Shown here piece by piece: positions 56,076-58,185 of a DNA stretch of 58,185 nt. The DNA comes from a bacterium (GTDB lineage Bacteria > Krumholzibacteriota > Krumholzibacteriia > LZORAL124-64-63), in the NCBI GenBank assembly GCA_043823125.1, contig JBDRBC010000479.1, forward strand, positions 1 to 58,185, written 5' to 3'. Under the pieces are notes generated by a model. The model was not told where the DNA came from. It did not search any database and saw only the letters and a list, made by a program, of their open reading frames with translations. Position numbers and translations under genes: made by a program. Numbering within the stretch: the stretch's first letter is position 1; the number at the start of each line of letters is the position of its first letter.

Positions 56076-57446
56076 TCAGATCCACTCGAACCGTGCCGTG
56101 AAGTGACGCAGGAACGGCGGTGACTCGACGATTCGCATCCCCCGGATCGATTCCCGGCGTTTGAAGACCTGACCGATGGCCTCGATCACATAATCCATGT
56201 GGCTCTGGGTGTACGCGCGGCGGGGTATGGCCAGGCGAACGAGATCCATCTTGGCGGGACGTTCCTCCCCGGTCTCGGAATCGGCGCCGAACATGACCGT
56301 CCCGATCTCGACCGACCGGATACCAGCTTCGATGTAGAGTTCCACCGCGAGCACCCACCCCGGATAGCGCAAAGGATCGAGGTGTGACAGGAAACGCCGC
56401 GCATCGAGGTAGACAGCGTGGCCGCCGGCGGGCCGCAGGACCGGGATTCCCTGGGCGATGAGTGCCTCGACCATGTACTCGGTGACCCGGAGCCGGTACT
56501 GCAGGTAATCGTGGTCGAGAACCTCCTGCAAGCCGACTGCAACCGCTTCGAGATCCCGACCGGCGAGGCCCCCGTAGGTGGAATACCCTTCGGTGAGGAT
56601 CAACAGGTTACGCTCGTCCCGGGCCAGATCGTCGTCGTTGGTGCAGAGAAAACCGCCGATGTTGGCGAAAGCGTCCTTCTTGGCCGACATGGTGCAGCCG
56701 TCCGCATAGGAGAACAACTCCTGGACGATTTCCTTCACCGGTTTATCCGCATAGCCTTCCTCGCGCAACTTGATGAAGTAAGCGTTTTCGGCGAAGCGGC
56801 AAGCGTCGATGTAGAACGGCAGACCGTACCGGTGCGCCAGTTCGCTGGTGGCGCGGATATTGGCCATGGAGACCGGCTGCCCACCGGCCGAGTTGTTCGT
56901 GATGGTCAGCATGATCAGGGGAATCTGCTCGGGGCCGGTCTGTTTGATGAGGTTTTCGAGTGCCTCGAGATCCACGTTGCCCTTGAACGGGGCCACCAAT
57001 TCCGGGTCCCGGCTCTCGATACACGGCAGGTCGATGGCCTTGCCCCGAAGATACTCGATGTTGGCCCGAGTGGTATCGAAGTGGGTGTTGTTCGGCACGG
57101 TCATACCGGGCTGGACCATGACGCCGAACAGGATCCGCTCGGCCGCGCGTCCCTGATGGGTCGGGATGACGTGCTTGAAGCCGAAGATATCCTTGATCAC
57201 GGATTCGAATCGATACCAGCTCCGGGCGCCGGCGTACGACTCGTCGCCCCGCATGATACCCGCCCAGCCTTCGGAAGACATGGCGCTGGTGCCGGAGTCG
57301 GTCAGCAGGTCGATGATCACATCCTCGGCCTTGAGCAGGAATGGATTGTAGCCCGCCGCCTGGATTTTCTGCTCGCGCTCGCTCCGGGTGGTGAAGGTGA
57401 TGGGCTCTATCGATTTGATCTTGAACGGCTCAATGATCGTCTTCAT
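56076..57446 (-). CDS. tnaA: beta-eliminating lyase, tryptophanase-like
   Basis: 456 aa. IIEPFKIKSIEP, DLLTDSGTSAMS, ITNNSAGGQPVSMAN, DACRFAENAYFIK, MSAKKDA (PLP lysine region) and RLAIPRRAYTQSHMDYVIEA. At discriminating blocks it is closer to my memory of TnaA (SNSAGGQP, ARFAENAYFIK, MSAKKDA) than to tyrosine phenol-lyase. Confidence 0.85.
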   Translation of the reverse strand: MKTIIEPFKIKSIEPITFTTRSEREQKIQAAGYNPFLLKAEDVIIDLLTDSGTSAMSSEGWAGIMRGDESYAGARSWYRFESVIKDIFGFKHVIPTHQGRAAERILFGVMVQPGMTVPNNTHFDTTRANIEYLRGKAIDLPCIESRDPELVAPFKGNVDLEALENLIKQTGPEQIPLIMLTITNNSAGGQPVSMANIRATSELAHRYGLPFYIDACRFAENAYFIKLREEGYADKPVKEIVQELFSYADGCTMSAKKDAFANIGGFLCTNDDDLARDERNLLILTEGYSTYGGLAGRDLEAVAVGLQEVLDHDYLQYRLRVTEYMVEALIAQGIPVLRPAGGHAVYLDARRFLSHLDPLRYPGWVLAVELYIEAGIRSVEIGTVMFGADSETGEERPAKMDLVRLAIPRRAYTQSHMDYVIEAIGQVFKRRESIRGMRIVESPPFLRHFTARFEWI

Positions 57447-57607
57447 GGAAGTCTCCCCTGGTCGATTGGTTCGGCTTCAAGTTGTCTGCAAGATGACGGG
57501 GAGTCAAGCTGATATCGGCCCTATCCCTCACCCCGGAAACGCCTCGCTCCCGAGCCGGCCCGACCACTCACTCCAGGTCCGGTAACCGCCGGTCACGTCC
57601 CCACCGA

Positions 57608-57946
57608 TTACCCGGCCGGCAGATCGGCGGCCGTGAGCTTCACCAGCTTGCCGGGGAAGAGTTCGGCCAGACCGAAGGTGCCGTCCGGAAGCTGCACCAG
57701 GTACACCGGTCCGCTCACCTCTCCCGGTCCCTCGACCTGACGACTGAGGGTTCCCGCCAGTTTGCCGTCCGGGCCGAAGACGAACACCCGGCAGAGCTGT
57801 TGATCGGCCAGCAGCGCTCGATCCGTTTCATCGGCTATGGCTTCCACCGGCATGCCGAACAGCAAGCCATCGTCGTCGCCGCCCGCACGCCACAGCTCTG
57901 CGAGTTCCAGAGTCAACGGCGGCAGAGCCGGCTCCGTATTTACCAC
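57608..57946 (-). CDS. hypothetical protein, possibly a gene fragment
   Basis: 112-aa ORF with a GTG start and no clear RBS. Codon usage looks like its neighbours and the beta-strand-like segments resemble one or two propeller blades. Weak support. Confidence 0.25.
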   Translation of the reverse strand: MVNTEPALPPLTLELAELWRAGGDDDGLLFGMPVEAIADETDRALLADQQLCRVFVFGPDGKLAGTLSRQVEGPGEVSGPVYLVQLPDGTFGLAELFPGKLVKLTAADLPAG

Positions 57947-58103
57947 CTGCTCTCACCGTGGTCCCCAGCCGAAAAACACGAAAATTCTTGACCGTTTTGA
58001 CGATTCCAAGCACTCTGCGCCAAGACACTTCACTCTCGTGGGAAATCCCATCATTTTCGCCCCGAGGTGAATACTATGCCCCCTCAATACAAGGAGGTTG
58101 GTC

Positions 58104-58185
58104 GTGAGAAATTTCTTTGGCGGCGTGAGCAGGAGGGATTTCCTGAAGTATTGCGCCGGCACCGCCGCGGTATTGGGGCTCTCCC
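58104..58185 (+). CDS. 5' end of a Tat-exported redox protein, most like a [NiFe]-hydrogenase small subunit (cut by window edge)
   Basis: AAGGAGG, then 6 nt, then GTG at 58104. Translation VRNFFGGVSRRDFLKYCAGTAAVLGLS carries the twin-arginine motif SRRDFLK plus CxxxAAxLGL, as in hydrogenase small subunits. Confidence 0.55.
   Translation, partial: MRNFFGGVSRRDFLKYCAGTAAVLGLS

Noticed and set aside
56076-57446. Calling the beta-eliminating lyase a tyrosine phenol-lyase.
   Set aside because: The discriminating blocks (NNSAGGQP, CRFAENAYFIK, MSAKKDA, VEIG) match my recollection of TnaA rather than TPL (VNLAGGQP, TRCVENAYFIK, MSGKKDC, MERG). This still needs a phylogeny.

Overview
Visibly GC-rich chromosomal segment from a diderm bacterium, with almost every gene on the minus strand. 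A T9SS-type C-terminal sorting domain, MglAB, many lipoproteins and OM barrels suggest an FCB-superphylum-like or related uncultured lineage. I support about 50 CDS, 8 tRNAs in two clusters (including all four tRNA-Ser isoacceptors) and an SRP RNA. Left third: housekeeping genes (pgpA, mglBA, recR-ybaB-dnaX-ffs, tadA, mnmA, murB) interleaved with envelope genes. These include a BlaI/BlaR1-like pair whose sensor domain is NTF2/DUF4440-like, an S55 peptidase plus beta-propeller pair, an AsmA-like protein, and a TonB-ExbB-ExbD-lipoprotein-OM barrel-TPR module. Middle: an FG-GAP giant protein with a T9SS-like tail, comM, two tandem secreted paralogs sharing a C-terminal STWGQVK(T/N)LYR tail, a 56-aa histone-fold-like ORF absent from the ORF track, an M20 peptidase and trkAH. 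Right third (38.2-57.4 kb) is the most interesting part. It is a tightly translationally coupled minus-strand operon encoding indolepyruvate:ferredoxin oxidoreductase, hydantoinase A/B-type enzymes, a small orphan protein, an acyl-CoA dehydrogenase, a catalytically degenerate HMG-CoA-synthase-like::DUF35 fusion, a thiolase, a two-subunit B12 acyl-CoA mutase, a three-subunit xanthine-dehydrogenase-family Mo hydroxylase and a family III CoA-transferase. A tryptophanase-like gene sits just upstream. This enzyme set mirrors the anaerobic indoleacetate (iaa) pathway logic known from Aromatoleum/Azoarcus, but is rewired: IOR replaces the CoA ligase and the cluster is linked to tryptophan. The many long antisense ORFs in the track are GC-driven shadows. 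All calls come from reading the sequence and from remembered family motifs; no searches were run.
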